Positions 10,327-19,505 of a DNA stretch of 64,000 nucleotides are shown here, piece by piece. The notes below the pieces were generated by a model. That model did no database searches. It was not told where the DNA came from and saw only the letters and a list, made by a program, of their open reading frames with translations. The position numbers and the translations under genes were made by a program. Origin of the DNA: a virus; the IMG/VR virus record IMGVR_UViG_3300023176_007894, positions 1 to 64,000 of that record. One strand, 5' to 3'. Numbering within the stretch: the stretch's first letter is position 1; the number at the start of each line of letters is the position of its first letter.

Positions 10327-10617
10327 ATGCAAAACGAATTAACACAACAAGAGTACATTTTGGAGCAAGCATCAGAAATCAATCCCGATGCAATCGTTCT
10401 TGAGCCTCGCTCAACATTTAACGAAGCAATTATCGGAATTGATCCCGATGGAAGACTTGTCTATTCAGCTAATAAAATAGTTAATGCCTTTGTGTCTCAT
10501 GATGACATGACAGAAGAAGAAGCTGTAGAATATTTTGAATACAATACGCTTGGTACTATTCAACCTATGGATGATGCGAATAAGCCAATGTTCGTATATG
10601 ATGAGTTTATTTTTTAA
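10327..10617 (+). CDS. Conserved phage hypothetical protein (AIIG...MTEEEAVEYFEYN)
   Basis: ATG 35 nt after TTGACA(10292). Confidence 0.7.
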   Translation: MQNELTQQEYILEQASEINPDAIVLEPRSTFNEAIIGIDPDGRLVYSANKIVNAFVSHDDMTEEEAVEYFEYNTLGTIQPMDDANKPMFVYDEFIF

Positions 10618-10817
10618 TGAATTTCGACATTCTAATGAAAGTACAAGAACAAAAAGAAAAACTCGCAGATACTTGGAAAGCGATTAAAGATATTGAAATG
10701 GAATTAGAGTTTCTATATTCAAGAGAACCCGATGAAGTTGTATATATTTCGTCATTGGAAAAGAAGCTCGATAAATTATACGAAGAAATAGATCAAATTA
10801 GCGATGAGAACAACTAA
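10617..10817 (+). CDS. Hypothetical coiled-coil protein
   Basis: Coupled ORF. Confidence 0.55.
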   Translation: MNFDILMKVQEQKEKLADTWKAIKDIEMELEFLYSREPDEVVYISSLEKKLDKLYEEIDQISDENN

Positions 10818-11007
10818 TCAACAAATGCGAGACGAAGAACCAACCATTGACGATATGCGTTATGATCTTGCAGAACGAGAAGCAATGAATATGGGCGTAA
10901 GCGAAGTTATTCAGCTTCTTTTAGATGGTTTTCAAGGCTTAGACGAAATGGATGACATTGAAATTAGAGACGAATGGGAACGCTATTTTATTGTTGACAA
11001 AGATTAA
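10804..11007 (+). CDS. Hypothetical acidic protein
   Basis: Coupled ORF. Confidence 0.55.
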   Translation: MRTTNQQMRDEEPTIDDMRYDLAEREAMNMGVSEVIQLLLDGFQGLDEMDDIEIRDEWERYFIVDKD

Positions 11008-11028
11008 CATCTAGTTCATACTTTAAAC

Positions 11029-11232
11029 ATGAGATTAACAAAATACCAAAAAGCTAGACTAATTGAACATGAATGGGATGTTGTCGAAACTGATGATGGA
11101 CAAAATTGTGCATGGATTAGCGTTGAACCCGAAGATGGAGAAATTTTTCAAGCCTGTATTGATGTTTTTGGCTTGACAGGAAATGGAGACGACATTAAAC
11201 TATTGGTAGTAGCAACAAGCGAAGACGATTAA
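11029..11232 (+). CDS. Hypothetical protein
   Basis: ATG 35 nt after TTGACA(10994). Confidence 0.65.
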   Translation: MRLTKYQKARLIEHEWDVVETDDGQNCAWISVEPEDGEIFQACIDVFGLTGNGDDIKLLVVATSEDD

Positions 11233-11255
11233 ACACAATCTAATTGAATAAAAAA

Positions 11256-11876
11256 ATGAATTATTTTAAAAAGAAAAGAATTGCGTGGAACACATGGAGT
11301 GTTGATGATATTGTATTCAAAAGCAATAACTTAATTAAAAAGGTTTTACCATCAAACCAAGTCATGTCTTGGACTAGCAAGGGTGATCGTGACCAAAAAA
11401 TGTGTCAACGCACAGGTTGCCAAAGCCACTCAGTCAAACATGGGCAAGGTCAATCGTATACATATTATTCGACAGACAATTACAAAGGAATTATGGTTCA
11501 ACTGAAAGAAATGAAATCAGATTTTCCATCAGCAAACATTGACTTTATTGATTGCACAAATAGAATCGATAGTGTTGGAAACCCCAAAGGTCAACTTGGA
11601 GTATTGGTCTATCTTAATTCTTTTCATCAACCTTGGGAGTGGAAAAGATGCCCACAAACAGGTGATTGGACTCGTCAGCCTGTGGGTCAAATTGCACCAC
11701 TACAAGAAGGTTATCGTATGTGCTATGGTGGGCAAGGAGATGGAAACCCTTTGGATTTTGACGAATTCCACGAAATGATTCAGATCACAGAAGCAATCAG
11801 AGATTTCCTTGTAGATATTGTAGTTCCATTTAAAAACGGAACTCTTCAGCAAACTGAAAGCTTGGTCAACACTTAA
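11256..11876 (+). CDS. Hypothetical protein
   Basis: Long ORF; first ATG chosen as start. Confidence 0.65.
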   Translation: MNYFKKKRIAWNTWSVDDIVFKSNNLIKKVLPSNQVMSWTSKGDRDQKMCQRTGCQSHSVKHGQGQSYTYYSTDNYKGIMVQLKEMKSDFPSANIDFIDCTNRIDSVGNPKGQLGVLVYLNSFHQPWEWKRCPQTGDWTRQPVGQIAPLQEGYRMCYGGQGDGNPLDFDEFHEMIQITEAIRDFLVDIVVPFKNGTLQQTESLVNT

Positions 11877-11892
11877 TTGAATAAAAAATTTT

Positions 11893-12117
11893 ATGAAAAC
11901 AACGGACATTACTTTTGAAATTCCATTGGAAGGTGGAGAAAATTATAGACGAGATCAATGTGCAGAACATATTGCACAACTTCTCGATCAGTCTTTTGGT
12001 ACTGCAATCGAAGATTTGGGAAACATACACGATCTAATTGCAGAAGAAATCGCAGAATCCAACAGAAGGCAAGCGAGAGAGAATCTTGCTGATGCAGTAA
12101 ATGGAGGATCAAGGTAA
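11893..12117 (+). CDS. Hypothetical protein
   Basis: ORF in operon. Confidence 0.6.
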   Translation: MKTTDITFEIPLEGGENYRRDQCAEHIAQLLDQSFGTAIEDLGNIHDLIAEEIAESNRRQARENLADAVNGGSR

Positions 12118-12324
12118 TTAAGGATTGACATATTGAAACAATTTCAGTATAATATATCTCATCAGACAGAAACAGAAGAGAAGATCATAGGCTTTCATTC
12201 AGAAGCAAACATGATTACCTACTTAAATAAAAACAAAAATTATTTAAATACATTAAATCATGTTTATTTGAATTTCAAACAAATTAAGATTTCATTAAAA
12301 CAAAGTAATTGGAGAACAAAATAA

Positions 12325-12483
12325 ATGCAAGAAATTATAGATAAAATATACGAGCGTATGGAATTTTGTGCAAACGCACACACGAACGACCAAGCAGAAG
12401 AACAAGCTTTCATTGCAGAGTTGAGTTGCTTGAACGAAATTTTAGATCAAATTGAAACCTTTCCTTGGGATGGTATAGAATGA
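12325..12483 (+). CDS. 52-aa hypothetical protein (not in the ORF track)
   Basis: MQEIIDKIYERMEF...; fills the gap and is ATGA-coupled to the next gene. Confidence 0.5.
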   Translation: MQEIIDKIYERMEFCANAHTNDQAEEQAFIAELSCLNEILDQIETFPWDGIE

Positions 12484-12872
12484 GTTTTTCTACTATAGAA
12501 GGAATAATCAGACAAAATACAGGCAATAAATTGAATAAACAAGAAATGCAAATCATAGGAGACGATTACCCAACTTACGAGGATTCAGTCAACATGACTC
12601 TTGCAGAACAAGAGCGAGAAGTATCTAATAGCAATTTAGCAAGATTGTTGCAAGAGAACGCAAATTTGAAGCATCGACTTGCTTGTATTGAGGATGATAT
12701 TAAAATTATTGCTAGACATATCGAGAATAATTGCCCCGATCAATTTGAAAAACCAAGTCTCAATGAGGGTGGAAGTGTTTTTGCGGATTGTGCATGGCAC
12801 AACATTAGTAACATAGAAATTGCTTGCGATTTAAATAGTGATGAATCGCTTGATTGGAAAAAACGAAGTTAA
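12480..12872 (+). CDS. Hypothetical protein
   Basis: ATGA-coupled start. Confidence 0.55.
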   Translation: MSFSTIEGIIRQNTGNKLNKQEMQIIGDDYPTYEDSVNMTLAEQEREVSNSNLARLLQENANLKHRLACIEDDIKIIARHIENNCPDQFEKPSLNEGGSVFADCAWHNISNIEIACDLNSDESLDWKKRS

Positions 12873-12899
12873 ATACAAACAAAATAAGGAATAATTAAT

Positions 12900-13073
12900 A
12901 TGGGAAAAAAAGCAACAAGTAAAGGCAACACGCCAAAAAGTCAAAGTGAAAAATTGCATATCGTTTCAAAAAAAGAATCTCATACAGGAGCAAAACCTCT
13001 TGTGCCACACATAAATAATCCAAATGCGATGGTTACTCAAAAGGTTCGCAATGCACAAGACCGCAGAAGGTAA
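12900..13073 (+). CDS. 57-aa basic hypothetical protein (not in the ORF track)
   Basis: AAGGA SD then MGKKATSKGNTPK... Confidence 0.55.
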   Translation: MGKKATSKGNTPKSQSEKLHIVSKKESHTGAKPLVPHINNPNAMVTQKVRNAQDRRR

Positions 13074-13293
13074 TTTAAAAGATTTATTTTTTAAACTAAC
13101 TGATCTTTGGCAAGATGGACATTATGCACAAGTCGCAGATTTTATCTCACAGTCAGAAACATTCTCAAGTCGGGCTAATCTCATTGATTTTTGCGTGTTT
13201 TTATCTAAATATTTGGGATTCAAAGAATTGCAAGTTCTACAAAAACTAATTTAAATGCTTGACAGACTAGCCGAAATTTCATAAGATACCATT

Positions 13294-14478
13294 ATGACGA
13301 AAAAATTGCAGACACTCTACAAAGTAGATACTAAAGGTAAATTGCGTGAATGGACAATGCACATTGATGGCAATTCATTTTATGCGGTCAAGGGTCTTGT
13401 CGAAGGCAAGAAGACTCAAGACAAGCCGACTGTTACGATTGCCAAGAATGTTGGTCGTTCAAACGAAACGACTGCAAAGCAACAAGCAGAGCTAGAGGCA
13501 AAAGCGAAGTTTCAAAAGAAACTAGATTCGGGTTATGCCTTGAACGAGATAGATGCACAAGAAAAAAAGTTCTATGAACCCATGCTTGCACACAATTATA
13601 CTGATCGTAAGCATGAATGCAAGTATCCTGTTTTTTCGCAACCAAAGCTTGATGGCATTCGTTGCGTTGTTCGCAAAGAAGGCGATACGCTCGTAGGACG
13701 CACTCGCAATGGCAAGGAGATAGAATGTATACCTCACATTCTCAAAAGCCTAAATAGGTTCTTTCTTGCTCATCCAAACGCCATTCTCGATGGAGAACTG
13801 TACAACCATGATTTGCGGGATAATTTCAACAAGATCACATCACTTGTTCGCAAGCAAAAACCTGTTCAATCATCAAAGATGACAGATAAAGCTTTCGCAA
13901 AAAAGCAAACCGAATTCCAAGAAAGACTTGTTGAGTCAGAAAATACTATTCAATATCATGTATATGATGCACCAAAAATTAATGAATCATTAACAGAGGC
14001 ACAAACATTTGATATTAGAATCAATGAACTTAAATCAAAATTACCGCAAAACAAACATATTGTATTGGTTGAAACAAATGAAGCTTATGATCAACAAAAT
14101 TTAGACAACTTGTATGAACAATATCTTGATGCAGGATATGAGGGTCAAATGGTTCGCAAGTCTTCATCAACCTATGAAAATAAAAGAAGTAAATTTTTAT
14201 TGAAAAGAAAAGAATTCATGGATGCGGAATATCGGGTAATTGATATTGAGATTGGAAATGGCAATCGTAGCGGAACTGCAAAGCATCTTGTGTGCTTCTG
14301 CGACAAGACCAAGCAAACCTTCAATAGCAACATCAAAGGTTCTTTTGAATACCTCAAAGAAGTCTATGATAATCGCAAAGAATATATCGGGCAATTAGCA
14401 ACGATCAAGTTCTTTCAGCTTACTCCTGATGGTATTCCACGCTTTCCTTATGCTATTTCCTTTCGGAACTACGAGTAA
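13294..14478 (+). CDS. lig: ATP-dependent DNA ligase
   Basis: PMLA, QPKLDGIR (motif I), LDGELY, YEGQMVR, LLKRK, TPDGIPRFP. Confidence 0.95.
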   Translation: MTKKLQTLYKVDTKGKLREWTMHIDGNSFYAVKGLVEGKKTQDKPTVTIAKNVGRSNETTAKQQAELEAKAKFQKKLDSGYALNEIDAQEKKFYEPMLAHNYTDRKHECKYPVFSQPKLDGIRCVVRKEGDTLVGRTRNGKEIECIPHILKSLNRFFLAHPNAILDGELYNHDLRDNFNKITSLVRKQKPVQSSKMTDKAFAKKQTEFQERLVESENTIQYHVYDAPKINESLTEAQTFDIRINELKSKLPQNKHIVLVETNEAYDQQNLDNLYEQYLDAGYEGQMVRKSSSTYENKRSKFLLKRKEFMDAEYRVIDIEIGNGNRSGTAKHLVCFCDKTKQTFNSNIKGSFEYLKEVYDNRKEYIGQLATIKFFQLTPDGIPRFPYAISFRNYE

Positions 14479-14597
14479 ACTACATACTAACTACATATTA
14501 CATACAACATATCAAGTATACAATATATACAGTAAACTATATACAATATAACATACTCAATATATCACTAAATACATGATAAATAATAAAATATAAT

Positions 14598-14631
14598 GTG
14601 GTTTAATGTGGGAGAAAGTGGGTTGTAGTGG
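14598..14631 (+). repeat. Four GTGG direct repeats with exact 10-bp period (MraZ-box-like or iteron-like)
   Basis: GTGG at 14598, 14608, 14618 and 14628, after a G-poor AT-rich tract at 14479-14597. Confidence 0.7.
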
Positions 14632-14694
14632 AGTGCGAGACTTAAATATATAAAATAAATCATTAAATAAAAAACCAAACACAAATAAAAAATC

Positions 14695-15102
14695 ATGCAA
14701 ATAACTATTGGAAATTATAGAATAAGAAGATATGACTCTTTAAACTTGTGTCTTGAAGAGAGAAAAATCAAGCAAAAAGCAAAAAACCCATACGGAAGAA
14801 ACGGAAAGAAGGGAAACACGCTAATTGAACAAAATAATTCATCAAATAATATACAATACAAATGGCATTTAATTTGTTATTCTAGTACATTAGATTATTG
14901 TTTGAAGAAATTGGTTGAAGAATGCTTGACAAATGATGAAGAAATAAATACAATAAAAGACATTCAAAATAAAATAACTCAATTAAATGAAAAAATTAGT
15001 CAAATTAGCGAGGCAAATAACAGGTTCATTGAGGAGAGTATGCTCGCTCAAGAGGAAAAAAGAGTTGATCAGCTTGCCGAAGAAGCAATATATCGGGCGT
15101 AA
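14695..15102 (+). CDS. Hypothetical protein
   Basis: ORF. Confidence 0.6.
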   Translation: MQITIGNYRIRRYDSLNLCLEERKIKQKAKNPYGRNGKKGNTLIEQNNSSNNIQYKWHLICYSSTLDYCLKKLVEECLTNDEEINTIKDIQNKITQLNEKISQISEANNRFIEESMLAQEEKRVDQLAEEAIYRA

Positions 15103-15214
15103 TTCTCACGGCTTTCCGCAACTTTTCGAGAAATAATAACTTATTTCATTGATTTTCAACTATTTACATTTTTTTGTTGACATCTTTGAATTTGTATTAT
15201 AGTATATTGTATAT

Positions 15215-15424
15215 ATGACAGAAGAAAACGAATCAAATAGTATCCCAAGTCCACCCGATTTCATTCCAAGTCCACCCGAAAACATTGCAAGTCCATTAGA
15301 TGGCTTGAATGACGAAGAGATTTTGGAGAAATATAGGTTAATGCACGAACTCGAACACGAAGAAAGTAGAAAACAAGCATTAAATACAATAATAATCGAT
15401 CTAGAAAAGAAAATAAACACTTAA
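15215..15424 (+). CDS. Hypothetical protein with IPSPP repeats
   Basis: TTGACA-N17-TAGTAT promoter upstream. Confidence 0.6.
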   Translation: MTEENESNSIPSPPDFIPSPPENIASPLDGLNDEEILEKYRLMHELEHEESRKQALNTIIIDLEKKINT

Positions 15425-15436
15425 TTGCACAAAAAA

Positions 15437-15640
15437 ATGGATGAATTACAAAAAATAAGTAGCGAAATATGTAATATCTTTAATAGTAAGATAGATAATC
15501 TAACAAAAGAAGAAGCGGAACAAATAAATATATACAATAATAGCATGAATTTTTATATGCAGTTGGGCGACAAGCAAAAATGTCTGTGGAATGCTCGCCA
15601 AACCTTGAAATATCTAGAAAATATATCAGAAAATAAGTAA
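15437..15640 (+). CDS. Hypothetical protein, tandem paralog of the next gene
   Basis: Aligns by eye with 15642-15860 (IDxxTxEE...S.xF...GD). Confidence 0.55.
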   Translation: MDELQKISSEICNIFNSKIDNLTKEEAEQINIYNNSMNFYMQLGDKQKCLWNARQTLKYLENISENK

Positions 15641-15641
15641 T

Positions 15642-15860
15642 ATGGACGATGAAGACCCCGAAACTCAAGAAGCCCTCGAATTGAGTTACGAAATTTTGAA
15701 CTTGATTGAATCAAATATAGATAGTTTTACTGAAGAAGAGAAAGAAACCCTATATACATCAAATGAAAGCATTCAATTCTTTCTTGATGTTGGAGATGAA
15801 GAAAGATCACTAATAGAAGCTAAACAATTAAAAGAATATTTGCTAAAAATAACAACCTAA
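15642..15860 (+). CDS. Hypothetical protein, tandem paralog of the previous gene
   Basis: Aligns by eye with 15437-15640. Confidence 0.6.
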   Translation: MDDEDPETQEALELSYEILNLIESNIDSFTEEEKETLYTSNESIQFFLDVGDEERSLIEAKQLKEYLLKITT

Positions 15861-15870
15861 ATATAACATC

Positions 15871-16056
15871 ATGCATATAAGAAGAGAAATTGATAATTTG
15901 CTAGACAAAATGAGCCAAATAATTGCAAAGAAAAAACTCTCAAATAAAGATAAGGCAGAAATAAAGAAAATAACCGCAGAAATAAACGCAAAAACCCTTA
16001 ATGGCGAGCGAGCCAAGGGAATGTGGACTGATAGTCCTGAATTTCTTGGAAGATAA
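15871..16056 (+). CDS. Hypothetical protein
   Basis: ORF. Confidence 0.5.
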   Translation: MHIRREIDNLLDKMSQIIAKKKLSNKDKAEIKKITAEINAKTLNGERAKGMWTDSPEFLGR

Positions 16057-16181
16057 AATATGTTATACGAAATAATACATTCAATTATACATTGTATTGG
16101 ATCAATTACTATATTAATGATACTTTGTCTTGTAGGAAATAAGTTATTCAGTTTAATTACAAAAAAAAATTAGTTAAATAA

Positions 16182-16331
16182 ATGAAGCAAATAAATGTAA
16201 ATAAGTACCTAGTCGGCAAAAAGAAATTGGGCAAAGGCAAGGTTGGAAGTAAAGGTGGAGTGGGAGTTCCCACGGGAGCTTTCGGGGGAAAATCCAAGTT
16301 TCTGAAAAAAAAGCTTGACTCTGAATCTTGA
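16182..16331 (+). CDS. 49-aa Gly/Lys-rich basic peptide (not in the ORF track)
   Basis: MKQINVNKYLVGKKKLGKGKVGSKGGVGVPTGAFGGKSKFLKKKLDSES. Confidence 0.45.
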   Translation: MKQINVNKYLVGKKKLGKGKVGSKGGVGVPTGAFGGKSKFLKKKLDSES

Positions 16332-16349
16332 TCTGCTATACTAGAGGGT

Positions 16350-16601
16350 ATGAATTATTGCGAAGAACAACTTGAATACCTTGAGTGGCAAGCTCAAGCT
16401 AAAAAAGAAAAAGATATCAACCCATGCGATCTCGCAGAAGGAGTATATATGCTAGTAGATGATGCGAGTCCAAGCGAATCGCCTCTCTACTTTCGCTCAC
16501 TTCAAAGTGCAGTCGATTGGGCAGAGAATGACAATCAATACATTTCCTACCAAGGAGTAGAACAATGGTCTGTCTATCGGGTAGGTGGAAAGGTCTTGTA
16601 A
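16350..16601 (+). CDS. Hypothetical protein; C-terminus resembles 21145-21429
   Basis: ATG 35 nt after TTGACT(16315); shared FxSxxxxVxWAE...VYRV. Confidence 0.65.
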   Translation: MNYCEEQLEYLEWQAQAKKEKDINPCDLAEGVYMLVDDASPSESPLYFRSLQSAVDWAENDNQYISYQGVEQWSVYRVGGKVL

Positions 16602-16762
16602 AAAAAGACTTGACAAATAATTTTTATCTACTATAGTTAAGTACATGACAAATTCAGAAATTGCGTTAAATATGATTGCTCTATGTGGAGTATTGATTAT
16701 TGACTTGATTGTATTAACCATGATAGTTTTACATAAAAAACGATAAAATAAGGAGGAAAAAA

Positions 16763-16975
16763 ATGAGTATTGCGAAAAATGCACGAGCAAGCCAAGTAAT
16801 GGCAGATATTAGTAACGGCAAATGGACTAGCGTAAACAAGCAGGGCAAGTTTGCAAATTATGGTTCTGTCCCCGAAGACAGTATCTATTACCACACCATG
16901 TTGGCTCAAAAAGCCGATGCCGAGCGTCTTGCACGAATCGAGGCGAGCAAAATCCGTTTGAGAAAATTTGCTTGA
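16763..16975 (+). CDS. Hypothetical protein
   Basis: AGGAGG SD. Confidence 0.65.
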   Translation: MSIAKNARASQVMADISNGKWTSVNKQGKFANYGSVPEDSIYYHTMLAQKADAERLARIEASKIRLRKFA

Positions 16976-17006
16976 CTTTTAACCCCGAAACTGACATAGT
17001 AGTATT

Positions 17007-17303
17007 ATGCACGAAAAAGTTGAACAACCTGTCGGATCTTACACCGAGTTTGAAAAGCTCGCATGGGTAAGCACTAAAGCGATTCCTGAGATTGGAAGCA
17101 AGCTGAATGTAAAAGTTAATGCAATTGGCGAATCAATCGTCCAAAAGTATTTCGTAGAGCATGGCTTTATTGGAATGCTTGTTCAGCCCATTAATCCACC
17201 CGAATGGTATCGCAAGCAAAATGCATCCAAGACGGACTCCGCTCTTTACGATTGGGAGCCTTGTCATGTTTATCCTGCCGAAGTTGAGGAGCTAAGAGGA
17301 TGA
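17007..17303 (+). CDS. Hypothetical protein
   Basis: ATG 35 nt after TTGACT(16972). Confidence 0.65.
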   Translation: MHEKVEQPVGSYTEFEKLAWVSTKAIPEIGSKLNVKVNAIGESIVQKYFVEHGFIGMLVQPINPPEWYRKQNASKTDSALYDWEPCHVYPAEVEELRG

Positions 17304-17545
17304 TCAAGTCTCTTGCCCCAAAACTTTCGATGTTCGCAACCGAACAAGAACTTCGTAACGAGTTAACCACAAAAGAATATGTTTATGTTAAACTCGCTAA
17401 ACTAGATGAACATATTACTGATCTTCTTCATATGACAGAAAAATGTAATGGAGAACTTAGCATGACTGCATCAAGTAAATACAATTACATCAAACAAATA
17501 CAAGAAGACTTGTTGAGAGTAAATAGAAATAACCACACAAAATAA
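17300..17545 (+). CDS. Hypothetical protein
   Basis: ATGA-coupled ORF. Confidence 0.55.
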   Translation: MIKSLAPKLSMFATEQELRNELTTKEYVYVKLAKLDEHITDLLHMTEKCNGELSMTASSKYNYIKQIQEDLLRVNRNNHTK

Positions 17546-17559
17546 ATTCAAAAAAACTC

Positions 17560-17644
17560 TTGACAAATAATCAAATATAGAGTATAATAGATACATAAAT
17601 TTGAGAACAAAACTCAATCAAATAAAATAAATCGATCTTTAACA
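17560..17644 (+). promoter_or_regulatory. Consensus sigma70 promoter with a boxB-like hairpin and boxA-like antitermination sequence
   Basis: TTGACA(17560)-N17-TATAAT(17583); TTGAG-AACAAAA-CTCAA hairpin at 17601-17617; GATCTTTAACA at 17634-17644. Confidence 0.65.
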
Positions 17645-17657
17645 TTTTAAACACTTT

Positions 17658-17868
17658 GGAAGCCTCGACGGAGTCTTCCTGTGGGTGACCCGAACAAGCC
17701 TGTCGTGAGCGGGCTAAGGTATGCAGATTCCCTGTGGCGGGGCGATAGAGTCCAATCGGATGAGTCGATGACAAATGCCAAGTCTAATTTGTAGTTCGAA
17801 GTAGGTAACATAGCAACTGATGTTCACGCCGAAAAGTTGGAGGTATACAGTAGTCCTTCCCCACACCA
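17658..17868 (+). ncRNA. Unassigned structured non-coding RNA ending in CCA
   Basis: No sense ORF; GC-rich; several hairpins and a putative pseudoknot; TGTGGG/CCCACA terminal stem plus CCA; has its own promoter and terminator. Confidence 0.7.
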
Positions 17869-17890
17869 TTTTCTTTCTTAATCATAGCTT

Positions 17891-17923
17891 ACCCATCCAA
17901 GCAAATGCTTGGGTGGGTTTTTT
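17891..17923 (+). terminator. Rho-independent terminator
   Basis: ACCCATCCAAGC-AAAT-GCTTGGGTGGGT followed by a T run. Confidence 0.85.
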
Positions 17924-17959
17924 ATTGACTTCCTTCGAAAACCTGTCATACTAGATATC

Positions 17960-18214
17960 ATGAAAACGCTAAAAGACATTCTTGCCAACTACGGATACAT
18001 TAACCAAGCTCAACTAGCTGAGATCAACGAACACTTTCCGCACATGAAAGTAGTAATCAAATGGGGTGGAATGCCTCGTGAACGAGTGCATGCATGGAAA
18101 GCAATCGAACGCATCGAAAAGGTCGAGGCGGAGAACACCGACTATTGTCGAGAAGTATTTCTTTGTGCCCAAGATTGTCAAAATCTTCGCACAGCACTCC
18201 ACATTGCACAATAA
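17960..18214 (+). CDS. Hypothetical protein
   Basis: ATG 35 nt after TTGACT(17925). Confidence 0.7.
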   Translation: MKTLKDILANYGYINQAQLAEINEHFPHMKVVIKWGGMPRERVHAWKAIERIEKVEAENTDYCREVFLCAQDCQNLRTALHIAQ

Positions 18215-18232
18215 CCTAAAACAAAAAACATT

Positions 18233-18811
18233 ATGATTAATCCTGCAGAAGTAACAAATTACAATCGAACACAATACGAACTAGAAGAATTTATTCTTTT
18301 TTGCATTAATGTAGCAGGAAAGAAAAGTTCAATCGAAGCACCCAAACTAGAAGTATTTATTCAAAGAGCAAAAGACATAACAAAAGAAGCAACACCATTT
18401 AATTGCATTAGGAAATTGATTAAATTGGGCAGGCTTAATGAAATCATGCATTGGGCAAAGTTGAGTCCGTATGCTCAGCGATACAATTCATATTTTGATG
18501 TTGTTAAGATCAAGGATCTACGAGCAGTAACCCTGAACAGATTATTGAAGGTACCAGGCATAGGTCTCAAGACTGCAAGATTCTTCCTTTCGCATAGTCG
18601 CGAAGACTTCGACGAACCTATGCTTGACACGCACATCCTTAGGTTTCTTCGAGACCAAGGTTATGTTGATGCTCCCAAGAGTACTCCTTCTAACGAGAAC
18701 ACCTATCTTTATTTCGCGAACATCTTCAAAAACATTGCTCGTCAATTGGGCAAATCAGTTACAGATCTTGATCTTGAAATTTGGAAGGAATATTCGGGCA
18801 CCACTGCATAA
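18233..18811 (+). CDS. HhH-GPD/OGG-like DNA glycosylase homologue
   Basis: LLKVPGIGLKTARFFL helix-hairpin-helix with Lys, LDTHILRFL Asp, DLDLEIW. Confidence 0.75.
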   Translation: MINPAEVTNYNRTQYELEEFILFCINVAGKKSSIEAPKLEVFIQRAKDITKEATPFNCIRKLIKLGRLNEIMHWAKLSPYAQRYNSYFDVVKIKDLRAVTLNRLLKVPGIGLKTARFFLSHSREDFDEPMLDTHILRFLRDQGYVDAPKSTPSNENTYLYFANIFKNIARQLGKSVTDLDLEIWKEYSGTTA

Positions 18812-19014
18812 TGGAACTATCAATACTTCTTGCTGTGGCATTTATTATTGGCATCATTAAAGCATATTGCGAGCGCGACGATTGATCCAAATACAAAACA
18901 CAAATAGCCAAATACTAAATAAAGAAATTTTTAATACTAAATAAGGCAAATATGGAGAGCAATACAGAATTATTGATTCAACTAGAATAAAAGAAAAGGT
19001 AATTGAAAAAATTA

Positions 19015-19110
19015 TTTTGTGCAATCGGGGCCCCCCCTTAATTGAATAGGTCAACAAATTAGGTGGATATTAGCCTTGACTTTGGGCAGAAAATCTTCAT
19101 AATGGAGTCA
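19015..19110 (+). repeat. Cassette-boundary element copy 1 (G4C7) plus promoter
   Basis: GTGCAATC-GGGG-CCCCCCC...ATAGGTCAA...TTGACT..CATAAT..ATG. Confidence 0.65.
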
Positions 19111-19505
19111 TGATTAAGACAAAGCCTGACGAAAAAAGGTACGAGATTAATTTCAACAAGCCCGTTTTTGTTTACAAGAATCTCCACAAAGACTGTTGGA
19201 GCGTCAAACAAGATGGATTAGTCAAAGCTCACACCACAAGCCTTGCGATGCACAGTTGCACTTTTAAGGTAAGCGAAGCAGGAAGAAAGCGTGTGTTAAA
19301 CGAGCAAAGAAAAAATGTTCACGCAGGAATCCAAGGTTACATTGAGGAGCAAGTTGGTAATTGGATTGATTCGCATCCTACTGCTCGACCTGTAACTTAC
19401 AATCCGTACAAGTATGAGAATTTTGTTGACAAGGACACGGAACAAATGGTAGACTATGCTATTGCCGTGAGACTAGAACCTAAACAAGTATTAGCAGTAT
19501 TATGA
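19110..19505 (+). CDS. Conserved phage hypothetical protein (VYKNLH...GRKRVLNEQRKNVHA)
   Basis: Recognisable widespread phage motif; leaderless promoter. Confidence 0.75.
   Translation: MIKTKPDEKRYEINFNKPVFVYKNLHKDCWSVKQDGLVKAHTTSLAMHSCTFKVSEAGRKRVLNEQRKNVHAGIQGYIEEQVGNWIDSHPTARPVTYNPYKYENFVDKDTEQMVDYAIAVRLEPKQVLAVL

Noticed and set aside
16241-16290. Second GTGG array
   Set aside because: The repeats are not 10-bp phased and are explained by Gly/Val codons of the small ORF
17571-17774. Minus-strand 67-aa ORF over the ncRNA
   Set aside because: It runs antisense to a promoter-terminator unit in an all-plus region and has no initiation signal
17757-17840. Hammerhead-like strings (GGATGAGTCGATGACAAA; CTGATG...GAAA)
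   Set aside because: The core residues CUGAUGA and GAAA are not both intact around a stem II
17658-17868. tmRNA, RNase P RNA or group I intron identity for the ncRNA
   Set aside because: No GGGG 5' end with TTCGA T-loop or tag ORF, no GAGGAAAGTCC, and no P/Q/R/S elements; too short
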